Positions 38,801-45,633 of a DNA stretch of 64,000 nucleotides are shown here, piece after piece (position 1 is the first letter of the stretch; each line of letters opens with the position of its first letter). A program made the translations under genes and the position numbers. The stretch is from IMG/VR virus record IMGVR_UViG_3300047470_000395, positions 1-64,000 of that record. One strand, 5' to 3'. Below the pieces are notes generated by a model. The model saw nothing but the letters and a program-made list of their open reading frames with translations. It was not told the DNA's origin and did not search any database. The DNA is from a virus.

Positions 38801-41800
38801 GGACGACGCCGACCTCGAGGCCGCCATGCGGCAGGGCCTCGGCCCGGAGGACGAGCTCCGCGTCATGGCGGAGATGGACCGCCGAGACGGCTACGTCGAC
38901 GAGCGGGTCCGCGCTGCCGCGCAAGCCACGCCGCCGACGAACGCCGACGAAGCGGAGCGCGAAGGCCGCGCCATGGACGAGGCGCTCCGGTTCGGCGACA
39001 CGGACGTCACGCAGCCCGCTCCGGCCACCCCCGGACGCCTGCGCCGTGAGTTCGACGCCCTCGACGAGGAGCGTTTCCAGGCCGCCATGCAGGCCACCGG
39101 CGGGCGGATGCTCAGCCCCGAGGCCGAAGCCCAGGGCATCGACCCGCGGGCCCTGTTCTCCGGCGGCAAGTACAGCAACAAGCAGGCGAAGGAACTGGCC
39201 TCGCCCGAGCTGAAGCACTGGTTCGACGGAGACGACAACACCCCCGGCAACGGCCGACTCACGTACCCGCAGTACCGGGCGCGGGAGACCGACCGCGCCC
39301 TGCGCGCCGAGTTCGCCGACTGGGACGAGGCCCGCTACCGGCAGGCCGTCGACTTCACGAACGGCTACTTCTTCCGCCGCGAGTACAAGTACGGCTTTAC
39401 CGACTTCAACGAGCGAGAGCTGTTCTCCGGCGGCAGCCTGAGCGCCCGGGACCGGTGGATGCAGTACGCCAGCGACGAACTGCAGGAGTGGTTCGACCTC
39501 AACGGCGGCCGCCAGACATTCGCCCAGTTCCGCGAGGCACGCCGCGCCAACGACCGCGCCGAACGGCACCAGCACGAGGAGGAGGAGCTGCAGCGCGCCG
39601 CCGGGGGCACTCCCGAAGGCGGAGCCCCCAACGGGGCGGGACCCCTCACTGACGACGACGTCACCCCCGCGCCGCCCTTCAACGCCGCCACCCCCGAGAG
39701 CGAGTCCGACGCCTCATTCCGCTTCGGCGGCCGCGACCGTATGCAGCAGTTCGCCGACCGAGCCGAGGTACGCCCGGACGGAGCCACCTCCGAGGGCGTG
39801 TGGCTCAACGGCCGGCAGATCGGCACCATCCACAACGTCAACGGTGCCAACGCCGACCGTGAACCGGTCTGGGACGCCAGCCCGTTCTACGGCCTGGACC
39901 ACTCCGCCAACAGCCGTTCCCAGAGCCGGGACACGGCCATCGCCAACCTTGTCGTCCGCGCCCTGCAGAACGGCCCCACGGACTCCTCGAACCCGAGCGA
40001 GGACATGTGGGACTCGGTGACCCTGCACCTGGCAGGCCTCACCCACCCGCTGCCCGAGCTGCCGGAAGCCCTTCGCGACGACCCGGAGGCGCGCGCCCGG
40101 TACGACCGGCTGTCCAGCATGGTCGACTCCTTCCGGGACCAGCAGTCGCCCACCGGCGACCTGCGCCAGGACCTGGCGCAGGCCCGCGACGACTTCGCGT
40201 GGCTGCACGACGCGCTCGAGGGACAGGCGCGTACCCCCCAGCAGCGCGAGGAACTGTCCGACCTCAAGACCCGCACCTTCTGGGCGGACCGTCTCCAGCA
40301 CGGTCTCGGGGAGCCGAACAGCGACCTGGAGCGCCCCCACGCTCCCGGTGAGCCGCAGGGCGCCGGAGATGCGCCGTCCCCGGCGGTGCCGACGCCGGAG
40401 CCGGCGAACGCCCCGGACGACACCGCCGATCCGTCGGCGACACCCGAACCTGAGCCTGAGCCGAACCCGGACCCGATCGGCGGCCAGCCCGCGCACTGGG
40501 CCCGCGTCGGGGACTTGGCGCAGGGCGACATGGTCCGCATGAACGGCACCACCAGGAGGGGCCGGCCGGTCCAGCGCGCCGGATACGTGCAGAGCACGCC
40601 CGAGCTGGTCGACGTCACCCGCCGCGGCCGCACCGACCAGATGTGGCGTACCTGGGTCACCGAGAACCCGGACGGCACCGGCGCTGCCGGGAACGTCTAC
40701 ACGTCCGCCAACGCCACCGCGGCGCGCGCCGAGGCGCCGGACAACGTCGTGCCCGGATCCCCGGCCAGCGGTGCCCAGGCGTCGCTGCGCTCCGGTGATC
40801 TGCCCGACCAGATCCCCGCCGACCGTGACGGCAACGGCCTGTTCCCCGGCAGCACCGTCCGCGGCACCAACGACCGTGAAGGCACCATTACCGGTGCTGC
40901 CCCCACCACCGTGTCGGTGCACTGGTCCGACGGCAACGACGACGACGCGCTCCCGGCGACCACGCTGACCGTGACCAACGCACAGCGCCCCGACGGCTGG
41001 ACCGCCGACGGGCACCGGGTGACCACACAGAGCATCGTCAGCGACAGCGACGGCGCCCTCCTCGGCCCCGTCGACGACGTCGCCGGAGACAACGTCACCG
41101 TCCACACGACCGACGGCACCATCACCCGCAGCGCGGGCGACCTCCGCGTCACCGGCCAGGTGCGCGACGACGCACCCCCGACCGCACCGGTGACCGGCAT
41201 CGACGAGCCCGCGGCCGCGGACCTCAAGGACGGCGACGTCGTCGTCCTGGACCTCGACGGCCAGCTCTCCACCGTCGCGATCACCAGCCCGCCCCACCAC
41301 GACGGCGACCGCGTCACCCTGCAGTACGCCGACACCACCACCGGCGAGATGGGCGAGATCGACGTCGACGCCCGCGCGGTCCTCCCACGCGCCCAGGGCC
41401 CCGACGGTGGCGCCCCGGACCTCGGCCCGGACAACGCGCCGGAGCCGGCCGACGACCTGACCGTGCACCCGACCCCGCGCACCGTGGACCCGGTGACCGG
41501 CCCGACCGTCGATCCGGACCTCGACTCGAGCGACCGGAACGTCATCGGTGACCACGCCGACGGCCCGGACACCGACCCCGACGCCCACCAGGCGGCCGTG
41601 CGCATCACCAGCGACCTTCCCGTCACCCCGGAGCAGGCGCAGGCCCTGGCGACGCAACTGCGCTCTGCCGCGGACCCGTCGACGCTGGAGGGCCGCGCCG
41701 CACTCCGCGCCGCGGACCACCTCGACCGCGCCGCCGGCCGGACCCCGCCCACGGGCCTTGACCGGCCCCGGGCGTCGAACGCCGCACAGATCGGCGAGGG

Positions 41801-44333
41801 CGACCTGGTGGCCATGCCGGACGAGCGCCACGGCGACCAGGTGCGTGTCTTCCGCGTCATCGACGCCGAGGACGGCCCCGGAGGCGTGCGCAGCTTCCTC
41901 CTGGAGGACGAGAACCAGCAGTGGCGGCGCCGCGTCGTCCACGGGGCCATGCCCGTGTGGCAGCTCCCCGAGGCCGAGCCGGAGCCCGTTGTCCCGCCCG
42001 ACGTCGACGACACCGACGGCGCACCGGACTCTGCGGGTGACTCCGGATTCGGTATCCCCGGGGGCCCGATGCGCCGCGCTGGAGACGACCCTGCCGCGCC
42101 GACCGCCCCGACCGCTCCGACCGCCCCGACCGCTCCGGCCACGCCGGACGGCTCGAGCACCCCGGACGAGCCCACGGCGCCCGTCGCCCAGGTCCGCCCG
42201 GGAAGCCTGCGCCGCGGCGACGTCATCGACGCGCCCGTGAGCCGGACCGGCTACCAGTTCAACGGCCACCGGCGACTGACCATCATCAGCGAGCCGCAGC
42301 GCAACGGCTGGTGGATGCAGCTCACCGGCGTCGACGAGGACGGCAACGTCCACGACTTCGGGCTGCACAACGGCCGTGCCGTGAACGTCTACGACCGGAA
42401 CCGGCCCACCCCGGCCCTGCCTCCGGCCGGTACGCCCCGCGACCCCAACCAGGTGCCGCAGACCGACCTCAACCAGCTCGTCACCGACCACGGACGCGCC
42501 CACGCCGCCCGCATCATCGACGAGGCCATCGCAGGCACGGAGCCGCCCGGCGACATCCACGCCCTGCGTGAGGGCATCGCCCAGCGCCTCACCCCGGATG
42601 CCCTGGCCAACGCCCGCCAGGCGACCCGCCAGGACGGCATCGCTGCCCTCGACGCCGCGAGCATCACCGGCCGGGACCGGGCGAGCGCCCAGCGCCGCCT
42701 GCGCACCACCCGCAACCGGGCCCACGACGACACCGTGCGCGCGGCCCTGCGCACCATCAACGACCTCGAGCCCCTCGACGGCGAGAGCAACGAGGACCTG
42801 GCGGCCCGCGCCCGGGACCTGCTGCGCCTCATCCCGGACCAGGTCGCCGGCCGCCCAGACGCCGACCCCGACGCCGACCCCGACGTCACCCGGGCCGTGA
42901 CGGGACACGCCGACGACGCGGTGAACACGCTCCTGCAGCAGCTCCAGGCCGCGGGCGTGGACCCGGGCGACGCCGAGCGGATCGCCCGCGTGCTCACCCA
43001 GCAGATGGCCGGGACCCGGCAGGCCACCGCCCGCCGGATCGCGCGCCGGGTTGCCGCGGCGAACCCCGACGCCGGACGACAGCCGGGCCTCCTCGCCCGG
43101 ATCGTCGCCGCCCTGGTCCGCCTGGCCAAGCGGTTCGGGGAGCTGGTGAAGCAGGGAGCCCGGACGATCGCCGAGAAGTACCGCGACTCGCGCGAACGCC
43201 TCGCCCGCCTGCGCGCCTTCCTGGGCCGCATGGTGCGCCGTGTCCGGCAGTGGCCGGAGTCCCGCCGCCTGGCCCGCCTCCACCGTGCGGTGAACCTGCC
43301 GGACACGGACGGCGAGTCGCTCGCCGCACGGATCAGCCACTGGGCCGGACTCATGCCGGAGCCGGGCCGGTTCGGGCAGTCGCAGCGGCGCCTCACGTTC
43401 TGGCGGCCGACCACGTGGGCGCGCCTCGCGTCCGGTCATCTCCCGGACCGGTCGGACCGGATCCAGTGGACCCCGGACCGTGCAGCCGACGGCGGCCCCG
43501 GCCTGACCGGGCTCCGCCACATGGCAGCCCTGCGAATGGCCGGCCAGGACGTCGACACCGACGTGACCCGTCGTCTGTCCGCCGCTCTCGGCGACGACTT
43601 CGGGGACGACCCGCACGTCACGCTGCAGCACGCGGACGACTACGTGGCCGCGAGCGAGCGCCGCCTGGTCAACCTGCAAGCGGCCCGCAGTAGCGCGACC
43701 ATCCCGGACGACCCCGACCTCGACATCGAGATCACGGGCGCCCGCTCCGAGCTCGCGGCCGCCCGCCGGGAGTACTCGGACCTGCGGACGCGATACGCCG
43801 CCGCCGTGCCCGACGCCGTGGCCGCGTCCCTGGCCGACATCCGCGACATGGGCCCCGAGGGCACCGCCGCGATCGTGTTCGGCCCTGACACCGACCCGGA
43901 CGCCGAACGCGCCGTGCGAGGCGTCCAGCGGCTCATCCCCCGGTCATGGCTCAACACCGCCGAGGCACGCCGCTTGACGGCCGTGGACGGCACCCAGGGC
44001 CGGTACGAGCCGGAGGGACAGCGGGCCACGGTCGCCGACCTGGCCGACGAGGGACTCGGCACGGCCGGGTTCGCCCTGGGCCAGCACTTCGCCGGACACC
44101 TCGGCGACCTCGACGCCGCGCAGCGCGCGTTCCAGTTCAGCCGGACCCACACCGGCCGGCCGGGCGCCCGCCGGATGCAGCGCAGCCCGTGGGACCGGAT
44201 CCGGCGACGGCAGCAGACGCAACCGGAGACCGGTGACACTCTCGCCCGGTCCATTCAGGCGATGTTTAGTGGCGACTGGTACCAGGACGACGACATGCGC
44301 GCGTTCCTCCTGGGCCTGCTCGCCACGCGATAA
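32862..44333 (+). CDS. Giant (~3,820 aa) multidomain head-module protein, probable internal/ejected virion protein
   Basis: Uninterrupted ORF with strong GC3 bias; N-terminal WNPSLHPRDSKGRF; repeated LxPGDxV modules; leaderless ATG after the motif at 32824-32854. Confidence 0.8.
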   Translation: MLNRPAAAHAELQDLSDGLEVKAARRWNPSLHPRDSKGRFIETGGIVRLWGGDLARVMRALPNDRILVQDQTGPDEFNGRRHTTSAKWVSMVARPDGSAPTDNEHKVEAEDEKRDKDARRGNGVVHDDIGDPDTPNDAHAVDDRGRAIGEDDHPVGPRENDDQDEPEHGRHPVNVRALPNQSTAGGSRFQDTAAVRQHFLDLADRPDTRPEMAQFLRSVATDEDLRVSGDLAVLRDDSTGRWYLTATGTGQRMDLAGDFATPEEASEFARHLRRTAPTKGTAIRSLARGFDFSNPDLDAEARTWRSDRDENIAAAIKRARGEFDASRSAPASDAARAPHADAGTPETVSREELKPGDRVKVTVSRSDIEWPTSTRDQDKPETVTVEGTIAPTHSAGPGVSGATLVDVTLTSPDGTVMTSGDTARIRRMPTQVARSGHTDGFTPEERRADRVRVGDVIARGEFGHVVTRIDRGQGGRAFTTRNLGGRGEVDQFGARHGDMLSVVPKARRRPEDVQRDTPGHTQQHPNSRDAKGAAAAILSDWAKVNELAAQQWPDGAPEEFRTLAQHMQNVTDAPKGADGYQQNADAMRGALDALHGLDSEGVSQDMVKALHRLEEGLDANADRFEADSRAITENKRKREAVNAPNPDAPAAPNAPQSNAPTNDHPTGEPLQHNWDPENLVTLTMPEALANFLNVDETAAMEDPDTRKALTEAVHGRNGILKVTAPIETHRALLEWAWTLAGGEGLDSDPKEVRAHRNYTKRVDEAAAKLERERQHRGAPDANGNAPDAGTDDGKTDAPSANTPGADTSEPQNTPDTVTMTPDEVSNHLDAVRPEGSKAPSRMDDGEIRDEIVSLMEREMANGGELSGVDRTRLQVLEAEEARRAGRAPKREDKPKPKPAEEPGGLFDVAPDEQQQFVADPNNPDDLADDPLGTPDMFANHEGRDTSRLRPPQSRKPADFKPGDRFVDTDGRTHTVKEEPIRTPRGRIRVVDEDGGEHFLAPDKELRVLHEGEDAPAVPETNAPDANAPESGAPSADTPETGTPGADAADTPNNAPEGGTPDTPDDSVAPPAPVGDASPTSMSNEDIDAELEALQAWQNRHVASSGEGPRVQGSPMVALSPVGNRRGALREEQRKREVARQDKERKEKEKQDRAAALARSEIGNRAADGSYPVTVDGENAGSVSQTARKWQYTDAEGRRSPDFYPSRAQAVAALVSNRDVRRNNDAQHARQDQARTQTPNGWALGDRADVAENDIIRIPRMGRDRDGRPYPEGWGQPVRVNRVERRDDGTTIVSYSNPDGSYAGGSPLFLRGPDDSFAWANDRTRPEPTPAWRHELRPRMADIGDDVATLLNHADGLDDQDQERMRRLGELIRRVEDGDTEDLQADLRKIRDEAAWLEEQFSREDLPFETRRYKSWATAAHGKAQRSLDHPDFQHGSTADGPDNAPGNAPDADAPSADGVPDWANDLGDGVWLDEPRSTGGPRNIYVDGQIEGLLGRDRPKGRYYWWRPGGQTSQERFDTPEEAARAFAREMRENNLPSLSTPNDGGNGHDDRASRARDLFGEGMNAVGGDSLPEMQELNDRLGRADSSDDRDAELRDVADRMDELADQYGLAGPQGELAADQFRRAARAARGEHDDHNGDNGDGQPDATPITDGESNNGQDDQQRSDDQGDGQQDDNQPSNQDDNQGDNQGDDEESRRRDNPNPDGDAAGPDGAPDGGGPGAPDDTNDSSDSNNDQSNGPDNSDDSTDEPNPDEENQDSEEEKRRKRRRRNRNGGGGTGGPGGGGPGGLGLPHLSLPNLNVPAGTGGNGGNGSHGDGHHPRTPHNPRPHDVDSLRNAWRSGQGLTAGEDTPERRAHLADLADREGLTLSPQGGLALYPEQQDDGTTVWRFAQARNGSNLPGITLTTDDPEEARALAGRFEEITDANGDPFDWHQPQGPASVAAWRDGEGRTLPQAIRAVQDDYQQERAGAFNLPEDLTGMDDADLEAAMRQGLGPEDELRVMAEMDRRDGYVDERVRAAAQATPPTNADEAEREGRAMDEALRFGDTDVTQPAPATPGRLRREFDALDEERFQAAMQATGGRMLSPEAEAQGIDPRALFSGGKYSNKQAKELASPELKHWFDGDDNTPGNGRLTYPQYRARETDRALRAEFADWDEARYRQAVDFTNGYFFRREYKYGFTDFNERELFSGGSLSARDRWMQYASDELQEWFDLNGGRQTFAQFREARRANDRAERHQHEEEELQRAAGGTPEGGAPNGAGPLTDDDVTPAPPFNAATPESESDASFRFGGRDRMQQFADRAEVRPDGATSEGVWLNGRQIGTIHNVNGANADREPVWDASPFYGLDHSANSRSQSRDTAIANLVVRALQNGPTDSSNPSEDMWDSVTLHLAGLTHPLPELPEALRDDPEARARYDRLSSMVDSFRDQQSPTGDLRQDLAQARDDFAWLHDALEGQARTPQQREELSDLKTRTFWADRLQHGLGEPNSDLERPHAPGEPQGAGDAPSPAVPTPEPANAPDDTADPSATPEPEPEPNPDPIGGQPAHWARVGDLAQGDMVRMNGTTRRGRPVQRAGYVQSTPELVDVTRRGRTDQMWRTWVTENPDGTGAAGNVYTSANATAARAEAPDNVVPGSPASGAQASLRSGDLPDQIPADRDGNGLFPGSTVRGTNDREGTITGAAPTTVSVHWSDGNDDDALPATTLTVTNAQRPDGWTADGHRVTTQSIVSDSDGALLGPVDDVAGDNVTVHTTDGTITRSAGDLRVTGQVRDDAPPTAPVTGIDEPAAADLKDGDVVVLDLDGQLSTVAITSPPHHDGDRVTLQYADTTTGEMGEIDVDARAVLPRAQGPDGGAPDLGPDNAPEPADDLTVHPTPRTVDPVTGPTVDPDLDSSDRNVIGDHADGPDTDPDAHQAAVRITSDLPVTPEQAQALATQLRSAADPSTLEGRAALRAADHLDRAAGRTPPTGLDRPRASNAAQIGEGDLVAMPDERHGDQVRVFRVIDAEDGPGGVRSFLLEDENQQWRRRVVHGAMPVWQLPEAEPEPVVPPDVDDTDGAPDSAGDSGFGIPGGPMRRAGDDPAAPTAPTAPTAPTAPATPDGSSTPDEPTAPVAQVRPGSLRRGDVIDAPVSRTGYQFNGHRRLTIISEPQRNGWWMQLTGVDEDGNVHDFGLHNGRAVNVYDRNRPTPALPPAGTPRDPNQVPQTDLNQLVTDHGRAHAARIIDEAIAGTEPPGDIHALREGIAQRLTPDALANARQATRQDGIAALDAASITGRDRASAQRRLRTTRNRAHDDTVRAALRTINDLEPLDGESNEDLAARARDLLRLIPDQVAGRPDADPDADPDVTRAVTGHADDAVNTLLQQLQAAGVDPGDAERIARVLTQQMAGTRQATARRIARRVAAANPDAGRQPGLLARIVAALVRLAKRFGELVKQGARTIAEKYRDSRERLARLRAFLGRMVRRVRQWPESRRLARLHRAVNLPDTDGESLAARISHWAGLMPEPGRFGQSQRRLTFWRPTTWARLASGHLPDRSDRIQWTPDRAADGGPGLTGLRHMAALRMAGQDVDTDVTRRLSAALGDDFGDDPHVTLQHADDYVAASERRLVNLQAARSSATIPDDPDLDIEITGARSELAAARREYSDLRTRYAAAVPDAVAASLADIRDMGPEGTAAIVFGPDTDPDAERAVRGVQRLIPRSWLNTAEARRLTAVDGTQGRYEPEGQRATVADLADEGLGTAGFALGQHFAGHLGDLDAAQRAFQFSRTHTGRPGARRMQRSPWDRIRRRQQTQPETGDTLARSIQAMFSGDWYQDDDMRAFLLGLLATR

Positions 44334-44342
44334 GGAGGCAGC

Positions 44343-44612
44343 GTGTTCACCGTCACCGGCGCATTCGATGACGGTGCGACCTACACCGTGCAGATCACCG
44401 GGCGGGCAGACCGCCCGGTGATCGGGTCGCACCGGGCCGCGGCCCTCGTGGAGCTCCACCTGGGCGAGAAGGTCCTCCTGTCCCCGACCGGCCCCCTGGC
44501 GGCCGTTGCCGGGGACGACGGGGCGTCCGTGCTCGCAGTGCTGCGCGAGTACACCAACGTGATCGAGGAGAGCGGCGGCGTACCCCGGCAGGCGAGCGTG
44601 CCCGGGAGCTGA
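44343..44612 (+). CDS. Small protein coupled to the giant gene
   Basis: TAAGGAGG RBS overlapping the giant gene's stop. Confidence 0.7.
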   Translation: MFTVTGAFDDGATYTVQITGRADRPVIGSHRAAALVELHLGEKVLLSPTGPLAAVAGDDGASVLAVLREYTNVIEESGGVPRQASVPGS

Positions 44613-44621
44613 TCCGAGGCG

Positions 44622-44650
44622 CTTGCCCAATTGGGCAAGAACGATCTTGG
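44622..44650 (+). repeat. Palindromic element copy 2
   Basis: Same 29-mer and orientation as copy 1. Confidence 0.95.
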
Positions 44651-44709
44651 GCAGTGGGGCGGCGAGGTGGCGGCGACACAAGCCGCTCCGCTCGCTCATC
44701 CTCCGCCCC

Positions 44710-45348
44710 GTGACCAGATACGGATTCGCCATCAAGGCTCTCCCCAAGGGCGCCAAGCCTTTCGGGCAGGAAGACGACAAGAACAAGGAGAACCCGGGGC
44801 TCGAGACATCCAGCCCCGGCGCCTCCGACAGCGACACCTCCCTGGACCCCGCGGACGAGCTGCCCGAGGACCCGACGGCGGCCCCGTTCGCGCCCGCCGA
44901 CGACCCCGCGGCGCCCCCGGAGGACCCTGCAGCCTCCCCTGCCGCGGACGCTCCACCGGCGGGAGACGGCACCGGAGAGGAGCCGACGGACGCCCCGCCA
45001 CAGCCGGAAGGTGACTCCCGCCCCTGGGCCGGAGACGAGTACAACGAGGGCGAGGAGACCGATCCCGACGGCCCCCTGTCGTGGTCTGCGTTCACCGGCG
45101 GCAACGGGGAACAGGCTTGGCTCGACAAAGCCCAGGACGGCACACTGACCGGATGGGTGCGGGACTCCACCGGCCAGGTGTGGCGCTACACCGACCCCGA
45201 CGCGTGGGCGCTCGACGTCGACGGCGCCCACATGACGCAGACGCACCACAACGGCGAGGACAACGCCCAAGCGGCCGGGGACGGCACGCAGGGCGGACAG
45301 CCCCCGGACGACCGGGGCAAGCAGGACCTGATGTTCGCGGGCCAGTGA
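44710..45348 (+). CDS. Acidic Pro-rich hypothetical head-module protein
   Basis: Leaderless GTG after the motif at 44672-44702. Confidence 0.6.
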   Translation: MTRYGFAIKALPKGAKPFGQEDDKNKENPGLETSSPGASDSDTSLDPADELPEDPTAAPFAPADDPAAPPEDPAASPAADAPPAGDGTGEEPTDAPPQPEGDSRPWAGDEYNEGEETDPDGPLSWSAFTGGNGEQAWLDKAQDGTLTGWVRDSTGQVWRYTDPDAWALDVDGAHMTQTHHNGEDNAQAAGDGTQGGQPPDDRGKQDLMFAGQ

Positions 45349-45358
45349 GGAGAGTCGA

Positions 45359-45574
45359 GTGAAGCTCAACCGGCAGGCGTTCCAGGACCTGCTCAACGAG
45401 GGCAAGGCCGCGTACGCGGCGGGAGACCCATCCGACTCGTGCCCGTACAACATGTACGGCGCAGACGTAGAGGAGCGGTTCGGGTACCGCTACTGGACCC
45501 GCGGATGGGTCATGGCCCGGTCTGAGGCCGAAGCCCAGGCTGCCCAGCCTGTAGGAGCCAGCGCAGGACAGTAA
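45359..45574 (+). CDS. Rmf/CrpP-fold small protein
   Basis: EGKAAYAAG...CPY...YWTRGW. Confidence 0.6.
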   Translation: MKLNRQAFQDLLNEGKAAYAAGDPSDSCPYNMYGADVEERFGYRYWTRGWVMARSEAEAQAAQPVGASAGQ

Positions 45575-45633
45575 GGCCCTCCACTCGGCACGGTGCCCGG
45601 CGGCCCACTGTCCACCGCCGGAGGTTCCCCGCC

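Noticed and set aside
35379-43679. Very long minus-strand ORFs (1016 aa, 1321 aa) and similar antisense ORFs throughout
   Set aside because: Shadow ORFs of high-GC coding sequence: no motifs, and they overlap well-supported genes
32862-44333. Giant ORF as tape measure, NRPS/PKS or DarB-like helicase-methylase
   Set aside because: A true TMP lies at 57872; no A/KS domains, Walker motifs or methyltransferase motifs were seen
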